Below, piece by piece: positions 20,201 to 26,879 of a stretch of 61,824 nucleotides of DNA. The position numbers and the translations under genes are program-made. This stretch comes from Candidatus Omnitrophota bacterium (GTDB lineage Bacteria; Omnitrophota; Gorgyraeia; 2-01-FULL-45-10), in NCBI GenBank assembly GCA_041650805.1, contig JBAZKM010000012.1, positions 1 through 61,824 of the forward strand. The letters are read 5' to 3'. The notes beneath the pieces were generated by a model. That model worked only from the letters and a program-made list of their open reading frames with translations. It did not search any database and was not told the DNA's origin. The number at the start of each line of letters is the position of its first letter. Position 1 is the first letter of the stretch.

Positions 20201-23166
20201 GCCGTATTCGAATCGAACGTGCCGTCAAGGGCCTTGAATACAAAAGAGTCGGATCCGGCGTACCCGGCCTCAGGCGTATAAACGAGTGAACCGTCCGTTA
20301 TTGCCGACAGGGTGCCGTGGACCGGCCCCTGTACTATCGAATATATGAGGAAGTCATTATCGCCATCCGTTGCCGATAATGATACGGGCAGGGGGATCTC
20401 CGCCCGCGTATTGTGCTGCCCGTTAAGCGCTACAGGCGGGTGGTCATTTACGGGATCTACGGTGACCGTCACGGTGGCAGGAGAAGATGTGGAGATGCCG
20501 TCATTTGCGGTATAGGTGAACGTGTCTATACCGGAGAAATCCTTGCACGGTATATATCTCACCGTCTCTCCCGTTACTTCCAGGGCGCCGTGGGAAGGAT
20601 ATTTTGTTATGGCAAATGTGACCGGGTCATCCTCGGCGTCATCGGCATCGAGGGTCATGTCTATCGGGGTATCTTCATCGGTTGAGACGTTAATATCCTG
20701 CACTGCAGGCGCCACGTTCTTGGAACTGACGCGCTTTACGTTTATGCTGACGTTAGCGACATTTGAATCGGCCGTGCCGTTATTGACGACGAAGGTTATG
20801 GTGTCAGGTCCGAAATAACCGGTGTCGGGCAGGTAAGTGACCGCCGGCGCCGTTCCGGAGAGTGACCCATGCGATGGAGATGATATCACCCGGTATGTGA
20901 GCGGCGCTGCGGGGGTTAATATATCCTCGCCTTTTAAGGCGATGGCCAGGGACGTCTCCTGATTGGTCGAGACGACCTGATCGTATGCAACCGGGTTCGA
21001 ACATGCCACGGTGACCTTTGTGATGACGCGTGTAACCGTGTTCTTGAAAGAGAAGTAATCTGCGCCCGCATATCCCGCCTTAGGCGTATATGTGTATGCG
21101 CCGGTCGAAGCGGTGAAGGCCAGCGTGCCGTTCACCGGATACTCAAGGATGGCGTATCCCGCGCCGACGGGTGTCCCTGTAACCGGTGTGTCCTGTGCGC
21201 CCGCCAGCGTCAGATAATTGTATGTCCATATGGTAGCGGATTCTATGACCTCGACCTTATTGTCGGAGTTTGTATCATTATATGTGACCTCTGCCGCTGT
21301 CAGAGCCCTCCCGCCCGGGTCAGAGGTCTTCACCAGGTGGCCTTCCGCGGTATAGTCAGTGTTCACGGCGCCGGCGGTCCTTCTCCAGCCGGCAAGCTGT
21401 CCCGTCAGAGCGTACTTAAAGAGGTCCCTCGTCCATATCTTTTTCTTCGAAACGAAAGAGTAAACGGTGTTCGTATTATAATCTATCTGCAGAATGCGTC
21501 CCGCCTGATCATATGTCCGCACCTCGTGATCGAGAGTGAACGATGTAACGAAACCGGGGGCGGAATAATAGATGCCGTTATTGGCAAATACGCCTATCGA
21601 TACAAGATTAGAATTTGTGTAGAAAGACGCGATCTCCGGATTGGGGTTGTAGAAGAGAAATTTGGTCTTTGGATGGTAGTCGATCTCTATCTCGGCGATC
21701 GAATGCGCTTCATTGAGGTAATTTATCCTCACATGCGCAGGGTCTCCGCGTATCACCGCCCAGTGATATGTGAGCGGCTTATTATTGATATCGTAGCTCT
21801 CCTCGGCGCTTACCACCATGCGCTTGGTATACGCGCGGTCGCGCCACACGCGGCATATCGACGCCGGCGTATCGAAATATTTCTCCGTGGTCCTCTTGTC
21901 TATATCTTCAAATATGGCGTCGCCGGGGAGATATGCCTTATAGGTCTCGTCTATGACCTTAAGCTGGACCATAGGAGGTATGTCGGATAGGTTTATGCCG
22001 TTAGCCATCGTCACCATATCGAGCGAATTGGCGACATCATGGAATTCGTTTACATGGGCCTTGTAGCTGAGATACTCCCCGTCATCCTTGACGCGCGTCC
22101 GCCTGTATATCATCTGTACCGTGGGCATGAGGAGCGACTCAAGGCGTTCTGCGTGGTAAGGGTTGGCCCTTCGCTCGATCAACTTTGCCTTGACCTCCGG
22201 CTTGAACGCCGCGAAGGTATATATGAACTTCTGGAGCTCATCCGTTTCGGAACCGGACGCGCCTTTAGAGCCGCTTGCGTAGGCGGACATGGCATAAGAG
22301 AGGTCCGTTCCCTCGCCGCCGCCGCCCTGCCCCACCATCGGATGCCAGTAGTGGTTATTCGATATGTAGGCTCTATACGCGTCCTCCGGTCCGGTATTCC
22401 CGCTCCAGTAGTCAGACCTTGTGGGGTTCATATATTTATAATGGACTACGTTCAAATTGCCGTCAGGAGTGACATAGACATGCGACGCGTTCCCGACGAG
22501 CGTCTTGGTTTCCACTACAACTCCATCGCTGCCGGTCATGAGGTCCGCCTGCGGATAGTATCCCATGCTTAGGCCCGCATGGAAGCCGTCGCAGTTATCG
22601 TACCAGTCGCCTATATTGCCGGCGACCTCGCCAAGGGTCCATTTCGTCTTGAGGAAGGTTGCCGATGCGTCCGTGAGCGTGGCTATGGCAGGCTTCACTA
22701 TGGTCAGCTTCATCGTTGTAGACGTCGATAGGTTCGAGGTGTTCTTGACCGTAAATGTTATTTCGTGCAGGCCGTACGTAAATACCTGCGATGACCCGAC
22801 GGTCATCGTGAGGGCAGGGGTCACTCCCCACGAAAATTTGCCGGTAACGGTATCGAGCGAAGCCCCGGAGGGGAGGGAGCTTGAGACGTTGACCGTGACG
22901 CCGTCTTTCTTCCAGCCGGTGATCGAATAGGTGAGCGTCTGAGCAGGTGTATTCGGGTCGGTGGCGGCGACGGTGACCGAGAACGTATATGCGCTATTAT
23001 TGTAAGGTTTTGGTGTATGTGTCTTATCCGGTATAGCCGTTACATTAGGAGGCAGTGCAGCTTCGACATTAAGAGGGAAGACCATCAGGATAAAAGCGAA
23101 TACAGCCGTCGTTAGGGCGGCGCGCACGGTCATCCGGGGCTTTAGGATTAAAGGTAGCTTTTTCAT
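14299..23166 (-). CDS. Giant secreted adhesin-like protein: Ig, ~480-aa uncharacterised domain, about 9 Big_9/tandem-95 repeats, 3 PKD, 2 LamG-like domains, beta-helix, repeat tail
   Basis: YTP...Y.G.DSFTF repeats; PKD motifs (YAWDFGDG, WSWTFGDG); LamG-like WHHVAY...LFVDG and WHHIAFTYDG..VRLYVDG; YYVDATSGDDANDG..PWKTI beta-helix start. The ORF-track TTG 23265 lies inside the predicted -35 box, so ATG 23166 (MKKLP...NVEAA|LPP) is preferred. Confidence 0.88.
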   Translation of the reverse strand: MKKLPLILKPRMTVRAALTTAVFAFILMVFPLNVEAALPPNVTAIPDKTHTPKPYNNSAYTFSVTVAATDPNTPAQTLTYSITGWKKDGVTVNVSSSLPSGASLDTVTGKFSWGVTPALTMTVGSSQVFTYGLHEITFTVKNTSNLSTSTTMKLTIVKPAIATLTDASATFLKTKWTLGEVAGNIGDWYDNCDGFHAGLSMGYYPQADLMTGSDGVVVETKTLVGNASHVYVTPDGNLNVVHYKYMNPTRSDYWSGNTGPEDAYRAYISNNHYWHPMVGQGGGGEGTDLSYAMSAYASGSKGASGSETDELQKFIYTFAAFKPEVKAKLIERRANPYHAERLESLLMPTVQMIYRRTRVKDDGEYLSYKAHVNEFHDVANSLDMVTMANGINLSDIPPMVQLKVIDETYKAYLPGDAIFEDIDKRTTEKYFDTPASICRVWRDRAYTKRMVVSAEESYDINNKPLTYHWAVIRGDPAHVRINYLNEAHSIAEIEIDYHPKTKFLFYNPNPEIASFYTNSNLVSIGVFANNGIYYSAPGFVTSFTLDHEVRTYDQAGRILQIDYNTNTVYSFVSKKKIWTRDLFKYALTGQLAGWRRTAGAVNTDYTAEGHLVKTSDPGGRALTAAEVTYNDTNSDNKVEVIESATIWTYNYLTLAGAQDTPVTGTPVGAGYAILEYPVNGTLAFTASTGAYTYTPKAGYAGADYFSFKNTVTRVITKVTVACSNPVAYDQVVSTNQETSLAIALKGEDILTPAAPLTYRVISSPSHGSLSGTAPAVTYLPDTGYFGPDTITFVVNNGTADSNVANVSINVKRVSSKNVAPAVQDINVSTDEDTPIDMTLDADDAEDDPVTFAITKYPSHGALEVTGETVRYIPCKDFSGIDTFTYTANDGISTSSPATVTVTVDPVNDHPPVALNGQHNTRAEIPLPVSLSATDGDNDFLIYSIVQGPVHGTLSAITDGSLVYTPEAGYAGSDSFVFKALDGTFDSNTATVSITVKSAVLPFAVIETSAPGGEAPLTILFDGSGSTPGSGNIISYAWDFGDGTTGAGPRNVHTFTNKGTYHVTLSVTDSGGNTDTAACDIDTAGSLILDLRFEDDYKDSIPMTNGVTDSSPYLNHGMQSNNPVIDYTGVDGKAYNFAGSQGIKLDAIRDDIGQVFTVSCWMRKPALSGDSSGAIIRVLGADGATKFALYDSDRTTPNSSRLVAYDGGDQRYEAYTNTVICDNTWHHVAYVSDGVVGRLFVDGRLKGSHTVDYQFDPADIWYVVGFTNGWGTNITVDNFKMFNIALADDEVMKIYKEVANPDQILNMKCDDDPSDGTQDDSLYTNHGTASGTLVRDTDRRENAGGTYTFDGSQTIDLGAMINDMRSSSFTFAAWIKAPPSDAPSTIFSTDNITGGSSSTVGCALVIGNGLAFNENKLLLLYRSAYSGTPTFIAQTLTTVADDTWHHIAFTYDGKAVRLYVDGIERGSAAISTGIGGTVKWTLGKNVYTDTAPYIGSIDDIKAWSRVLSLEEIAQLFADRLPQAAFSAVPGSGEQPLTVSFDASATEATTERKMIKYNWVYGDDTAGEGMVSYHNYPTISGSYNATLTVMDEFGDTGSLTKTITVEGCDAPPVADFAANVTRGTAPLTVQFTDRSANTPTAWSWTFGDGINETIRDPSHTYTAVGNYTVALTASNSYGQATDTRTGYINVTANHAPAATNQTVSVTEDTAKAITLGAADADNETLSFMLASTPVHGTVTGLPSSKITYTPASNYTGADNFTFKATDGKLESNIAMVTINVTSVNDAPVVYSQFVRVIRNGSATIPLNITDNDGESALYCSIYPYATNGTIEWISSTPPIVLKYIPAAGYTGRDSFQFKVSNGSVTSNNATVTIKVAPSAVNTAPGANAQSVTTAENTAKSITLNATDADGDRFDYIIVTKPLRGWITGTAPNVTYTPFTNYNGPDSFTFKVNDLEADSNLATVSITVTAVQTAPIANNQTLTAESGCATAIRLVGFDPDGNPVTYAVLSQPSHGALAGTAPDMSYTSDAGYAGDDSFTFRVNDGTANSNNATVAIKVIPVNRSPVAYPQTISVFKNTPTAITLGATDADGDNLTYTIISGPLHGTLSGTGMNVTYTPDTGYTGDDSFTFKTNDGLADSAPVTVSIDVITAPARTYYVDATSGDDANDGLSEETPWKTIAKVNSASFVPGDSILFKRGEVWRESLDITSGGDETAYVTFGAYGSGEKPLFQSKAAVLAGGWTNYNATIWYTANQGIKDPYKLIIDGTRGARKFSIAALIQEYDWYWDWHNDTIYLYAPSDPQIAYSSIDLCDYSVIQSWREPGSGDELTNNDYIIIRDIGIENSDCRYGIRIDHSFNSMIINMTIETKGRGGMGIVVANSGNVTVSRNTITTPRDHIPDQTDGIQTNSNTGNIYEYNLIDINNLDPLEHCDCIQMTNETNTTVRYNRLHQDTPKEYNSQGLYCTSCHGTYNIHNNIIYLPNSTSTVMGIYRGSGDSIPEGENDLKLIAFNNVVKSKSQHLFHPDTPDVVVKNNIFINTAGYAAAWFGDGVLDYSSIDNNIYSSTLDMPVKDAGNYCPSFAEWQSRGADVNGINGDPLLDGEFRPLAGSPAIDNGIDLSPMIESLDIEGTVRPADGDGDGEAIWDIGAYEYAYIKSAFPSILIANLDGDNLGDIVIDFGTDYGIWARYGTGTWALLSSATPESMASGDIDGNGKDDIVIDFGPDYGIWILGDSGLWTRVSDVDPGSIVTGDLDGDNLGDIVIDFGTEYGIWARYGTGTWALLSSATPESMASGDIDGNGKDDIVIDFGPDYGIWILGDSGVWTRVSDVDPGSIVTGDLDGDNLVDIVIDFGTEYGIWARYGTGTWALLSSATPESMALGDIDGNGKDDIVIDFGPDYGIWILGDNGLWTSVSDVDPGSIVTGDLDGDNLGDIVIDFGSEYGIWAKHQDGTWEKIHDLST
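14302..15197 (-). repeat. Seven 43-aa DFG repeats, alternating A/B with 258-bp period
   Basis: Shadow ORFs 14522 and 14780 are offset by 258 nt; the units are near-identical to those at 1-670. Confidence 0.92.
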
Positions 23167-23236
23167 ATTAGGAACTAACTTTTTAAACCTGTTTAAAAAG
23201 ATCATAAAAAAACAGTGCCCCATATAGGCACCATAA

Positions 23237-23265
23237 AGTATATAACATAATATAATAAAAAGCAA
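23237..23265 (-). promoter_or_regulatory. Sigma70-type promoter for the giant-gene cluster
   Basis: Minus strand TTGCTT-17 nt-TATACT in an AT-rich intergenic region, about 65 nt upstream of ATG 23166. Confidence 0.6.
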
Positions 23266-23391
23266 GAACTAATAACACACTTTTTTATGGTCTAACAATT
23301 TCATAACTTATTAACCCCCCAAAAGTTGCGCGGCTGAAAAAATGAGATGGGTCGTTAGAAAAATATTTAAAACCTCCGGCCGAAATATAGG

Positions 23392-23420
23392 TTGTAGCAG
23401 ATTATCTTTTTTGTTATAAT
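23392..23420 (+). promoter_or_regulatory. Sigma70-type promoter with extended -10 for the RluA-purF-hexokinase run
   Basis: TTGTAG-17 nt-TATAAT with TGn immediately before the -10; ATG is only 9 nt downstream. Confidence 0.65.
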
Positions 23421-23429
23421 CTAATCACT

Positions 23430-24086
23430 ATGGAGAAAAAAAGATATGAGATAATATACGAGGACCAATATCTGATCGTCGTAAATAAACCGTCAGGCCT
23501 CCTCGTCATACCTACGCCGAATAAAGAACCGGTCACTTTAACGTCCCTCCTTAACGAAGATCTCGACAGGCGAGGCATAGAGGCCAACGCGTATCCGTGC
23601 CACCGTATCGACCGGGGGACCTCCGGGCTCGTCATCTACGCAAAGGGAAAGAAGGCGCAACAGCTCATGATGGAAGAATTCAGGAGCCATTCTGTTAGGA
23701 AGAGATACATAGCGTTCGTGCAAGGGGTCCTCAGAAAAAACTTAGACACCATAAAGAGTTTCATATATAATAGGAACAAGAGAAGGGTAGAGCCGGCGGT
23801 GACAGCATACCGGGTCATCGAGCGCCGTAAGGCCTTTACCGTTGTGGAGGTCGAGCCCGTTACCGGCAGGACGAACCAGATAAGGATACATTTCAAAGGG
23901 CTCGGCCATCCGCTGGTCGGCGAGGATGTATATGCGTTCAGGCGGGACTTTAAGTTGCGGTTTAAACGCCTCGCGCTTCATGCCGCGTCTCTGGAATTCA
24001 CCCATCCGGTCACTAAAGAGAATTTGAGCCTCTCGGCGCCGCTCTGGGAAGAGATGAACGATTTTTTGGAGAAAAATAAGGAGTAA
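23430..24086 (+). CDS. RluA/RluD-family RNA pseudouridine synthase
   Basis: VVNKPSGLLV, CHRIDRGTSG (catalytic Asp), TGRTNQIRIH, HPLVGE..Y, LALHAASLEF.HP motifs. Confidence 0.95.
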   Translation: MEKKRYEIIYEDQYLIVVNKPSGLLVIPTPNKEPVTLTSLLNEDLDRRGIEANAYPCHRIDRGTSGLVIYAKGKKAQQLMMEEFRSHSVRKRYIAFVQGVLRKNLDTIKSFIYNRNKRRVEPAVTAYRVIERRKAFTVVEVEPVTGRTNQIRIHFKGLGHPLVGEDVYAFRRDFKLRFKRLALHAASLEFTHPVTKENLSLSAPLWEEMNDFLEKNKE

Positions 24087-24089
24087 CAG

Positions 24090-25550
24090 ATGAGCGGGAT
24101 CTTCGGAGTGACCTCAAAGAAAGATTGTGTAGAGACCCTTTTTTACAGCACCGACTACCATTCCCACCTGGGGACGGAATACGGCGGCATGGCGGTGCTG
24201 GGCGACGAATTCGTACGGCAGATACACAATATAAGCCACACCCAGTTCAAGTCCAAATTCTTCGAGGATTCCAGGCAGATGAAGGGCACGAAAGGCATAG
24301 GCGTCATCAGTGCGTCCGACGAACAGCCTGTCTATCTCAATTCGCGCCTGGGCCCGTTCTGCATAGTGACCAACGGTTTTGTCGAGAATAAGGAGGAGCT
24401 GAGCGCGCGGCTTCTGTCGACAGGCACATCGTTCAGCGAGGTCACCCGGGGCGCCGTCAACGAGACCGAGCTTATAGCGAAATTGATAGTCGAAGGGCGC
24501 GATTTCATAGACGGAATAGAGAAGGTGTTCGATGCGGTCGAAGGGTCGTCTTCTCTCCTCCTCCTTACCAGGGACGGCATATATGCCGCAAGGGACAAGT
24601 TCGGTTATAACCCTCTCGTGATAGGAAAGCGCGATGACGCATGGGCGGTAACGTCCGAGACGAGCGCCTTTCCCAATAACGGTTTTAAGACGGTGAAATA
24701 TCTTTCCCCGGGGGAGATAGTGCTGATCAACGAGGATGGCGTCGTCCAGAAGAGGGCAGGTGACGGTGTAAGCCAGATATGCACATTCCTGTGGATATAT
24801 ACCGGTTTCCCCGCCTCCAGCTACGAAGACGTGAACGTAGAGATCGTCAGGGAGAGGAGCGGCCGCCTCCTGGCGAAGCATGATAAGGACATAAATGTCG
24901 ATGTCGTTTCGGGCGTTCCCGATTCGGGTGTGGGCCACGCCCTCGGTTACGCGATGGAGTCGAAGAAACCGTACCGCAGGCCCCTTGTCAAATATACCCC
25001 CGGTTACGGCAGGAGTTACACGCCCCCTTCACAGGAGAAACGCGACCTGATAGCCAGGATGAAGCTCATCCCCATAAAGGAGATAATAGAGGGACAGAGC
25101 GTAGTCGTATGCGAGGATTCTATCGTCAGGGGGACTCAGCTCAAGAATTTTGCCATCAAGAAACTGTGGGATGCGGGCGCGCGCGAAGTACACGTCCGTC
25201 CGGCATGCCCGCCGCTCATGTTCCCGTGCAGGTTCAACCTCTCGACCAGGAGCATAAAAGAGCTCGCCGCCCGCCGGGCCATCCGCAGCATCGAGGGGCA
25301 TGACCTCGAAGATGTCTCGGAATACGTAAATAACGCTTCCGGGAAATATAAAGATATGGTCGAGTGGATAAGAAAAGATATAGGCGTTACGACATTGAGG
25401 TACCAGACGGTCGAGGACATGGTGAAGGCGGTCGGTTTGCCGAAAGAGCGGTTATGCCTTTACTGCTGGACCGGAAAGTGCCCCGGACCTAAAAGTTGCT
25501 GTGACACACAAAAAGACGGGTGTTCTCTTGCCTGCGGGAAATCCCGGTAA
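24090..25550 (+). CDS. purF: Amidophosphoribosyltransferase, atypical subfamily (Ser in place of catalytic Cys1)
   Basis: Ntn domain plus PRTase domain: VPDSG, EDSIVRGTQL, CPPLMFPC, CLYCW. N-terminus is MSGIFG and YHSHLG replaces the canonical QHRG. Confidence 0.88.
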   Translation: MSGIFGVTSKKDCVETLFYSTDYHSHLGTEYGGMAVLGDEFVRQIHNISHTQFKSKFFEDSRQMKGTKGIGVISASDEQPVYLNSRLGPFCIVTNGFVENKEELSARLLSTGTSFSEVTRGAVNETELIAKLIVEGRDFIDGIEKVFDAVEGSSSLLLLTRDGIYAARDKFGYNPLVIGKRDDAWAVTSETSAFPNNGFKTVKYLSPGEIVLINEDGVVQKRAGDGVSQICTFLWIYTGFPASSYEDVNVEIVRERSGRLLAKHDKDINVDVVSGVPDSGVGHALGYAMESKKPYRRPLVKYTPGYGRSYTPPSQEKRDLIARMKLIPIKEIIEGQSVVVCEDSIVRGTQLKNFAIKKLWDAGAREVHVRPACPPLMFPCRFNLSTRSIKELAARRAIRSIEGHDLEDVSEYVNNASGKYKDMVEWIRKDIGVTTLRYQTVEDMVKAVGLPKERLCLYCWTGKCPGPKSCCDTQKDGCSLACGKSR

Positions 25551-26877
25551 TATAAATAGCGTATTGCCTGCGCGCCTTGCCGCGTCCTTTTCCGTCTCCA
25601 AAAACGACATGAAAAGTTTCATCAGGGATTTTCATTCGGAGATGGCCAGGGGCCTCGCCGGCAGATCCTCTTCATTAAAGATGATCCCCACCTATGTGGA
25701 CCGCCCCACCGGGAAAGAGAAAGGCACGTTCCTCGCCCTCGACCTGGGCGGCACGAACTTCAGGATATTGATGCTGAAACTGGACGGACGCGGCGGGGCG
25801 AAGGTCATCAAGGCGGAGAAGTTCGTCCTGGATAAGAAGGTCATCACCGGTCCCGGTAAGGCATTCTTCGATTTCATAGCCTCCTGTATCGGGTCTTTCC
25901 TCGGGAGCAATACCGGCGGACATCTGGATATGGGATTCACCTTCTCTTTCGCGGTGGAACAGACGGGCGTCGCGTCGGGGACGCTGTCGCACTGGACGAA
26001 AGGTTTCAGCGCCGCAGGCGTTTTGGGCAAAGATGTTGTAATGCTTTTATACGAAGCCATGCTCAGGAAAGGGATCAGGAACGTTTCCATAAAGGCGCTG
26101 GCCAACGATACGGTCGGCACACTCGTTTCCAGGGCGTACGCCGATCCGGCATGCGATATGGGCGTGATACTCGGCACCGGGACGAATGCATGCTATTCTG
26201 AATATCTCTCGAATGTACCTAAATGGCGCGGGACCGATACGCCGGGCGGACGCATGATAATAAATACGGAATGGGGTAATTTCAATAAGGTGAAACGCAC
26301 ATATTATGATAAGGCCGTAGACAGGATATCGGACAACCGGGGCCAGCAGATAATGGAGAAGATGGTATCCGGTATGTACCTGGGCGAGATAGTGCGCCTG
26401 GTCTGCGGGGCCCTGATATCCGATAATAGGCTTTTCGGAGGCCGCAGGACGCCCGTCTTCTTCGAGGCCCAAGGGTTCAGATCGGAATATGTGTCAAGGA
26501 TAGAGCGTGACAGGACACGGGACCTGTCGGACGTCGGTTCGATGTTGAAGGAGCTGGGGGTGACCGGATCGACCGTCCCGGATAGGATACTGGTTCTGGA
26601 GGTATGCCGTCTTGTCTCTCTGCGTGCCTCCCGTATAAGCGCCGCGGCCATAGCCGCTGTCATAACAAGGATGGACGGCGCGCTTTCGCGAAGACATACC
26701 GTCGCAATGGACGGTTCCGTATACGAAAAACACCCCAATTTTGCCGGCCATATAAGGACCGCCCTTAATGAACTCTTCGGGATCAAGGCGCGCCGGATAA
26801 AGATATCGCTTACAAAGGACGGTTCCGGGAAAGGCGCCGCTATAATCGCCTCCGTGGCCGCGTCTTCCAATATATAA
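25501..26877 (+). CDS. Hexokinase (eukaryote-type Hexokinase_1/Hexokinase_2 family); start uncertain (25501, 25564 or 25609)
   Basis: LKMIPTYV, FLALDLGGTNFR, GFTFSF..Q..G.L.HWTKGF, NDTVGTL, GVILGTGTNACY, INTEWGNF, EKMVSGMYLGE, DGSVY, DGSGKGAA. Confidence 0.95.
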   Translation: MTHKKTGVLLPAGNPGNINSVLPARLAASFSVSKNDMKSFIRDFHSEMARGLAGRSSSLKMIPTYVDRPTGKEKGTFLALDLGGTNFRILMLKLDGRGGAKVIKAEKFVLDKKVITGPGKAFFDFIASCIGSFLGSNTGGHLDMGFTFSFAVEQTGVASGTLSHWTKGFSAAGVLGKDVVMLLYEAMLRKGIRNVSIKALANDTVGTLVSRAYADPACDMGVILGTGTNACYSEYLSNVPKWRGTDTPGGRMIINTEWGNFNKVKRTYYDKAVDRISDNRGQQIMEKMVSGMYLGEIVRLVCGALISDNRLFGGRRTPVFFEAQGFRSEYVSRIERDRTRDLSDVGSMLKELGVTGSTVPDRILVLEVCRLVSLRASRISAAAIAAVITRMDGALSRRHTVAMDGSVYEKHPNFAGHIRTALNELFGIKARRIKISLTKDGSGKGAAIIASVAASSNI

Positions 26878-26879
26878 AG

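Noticed and set aside
1454-22930. Numerous plus-strand ORFs (e.g. 2191-2955, 9858-10454, 11010-11828, 21337-21990)
   Set aside because: Antisense shadows of the long minus-strand genes; their periodicity mirrors the repeats and they have no recognisable motifs or RBS.
23167-23265. ORF-track N-terminal extension of the 2988-aa ORF
   Set aside because: Begins inside the predicted -35 box and covers the AT-rich promoter; ATG 23166 gives a normal signal peptide.
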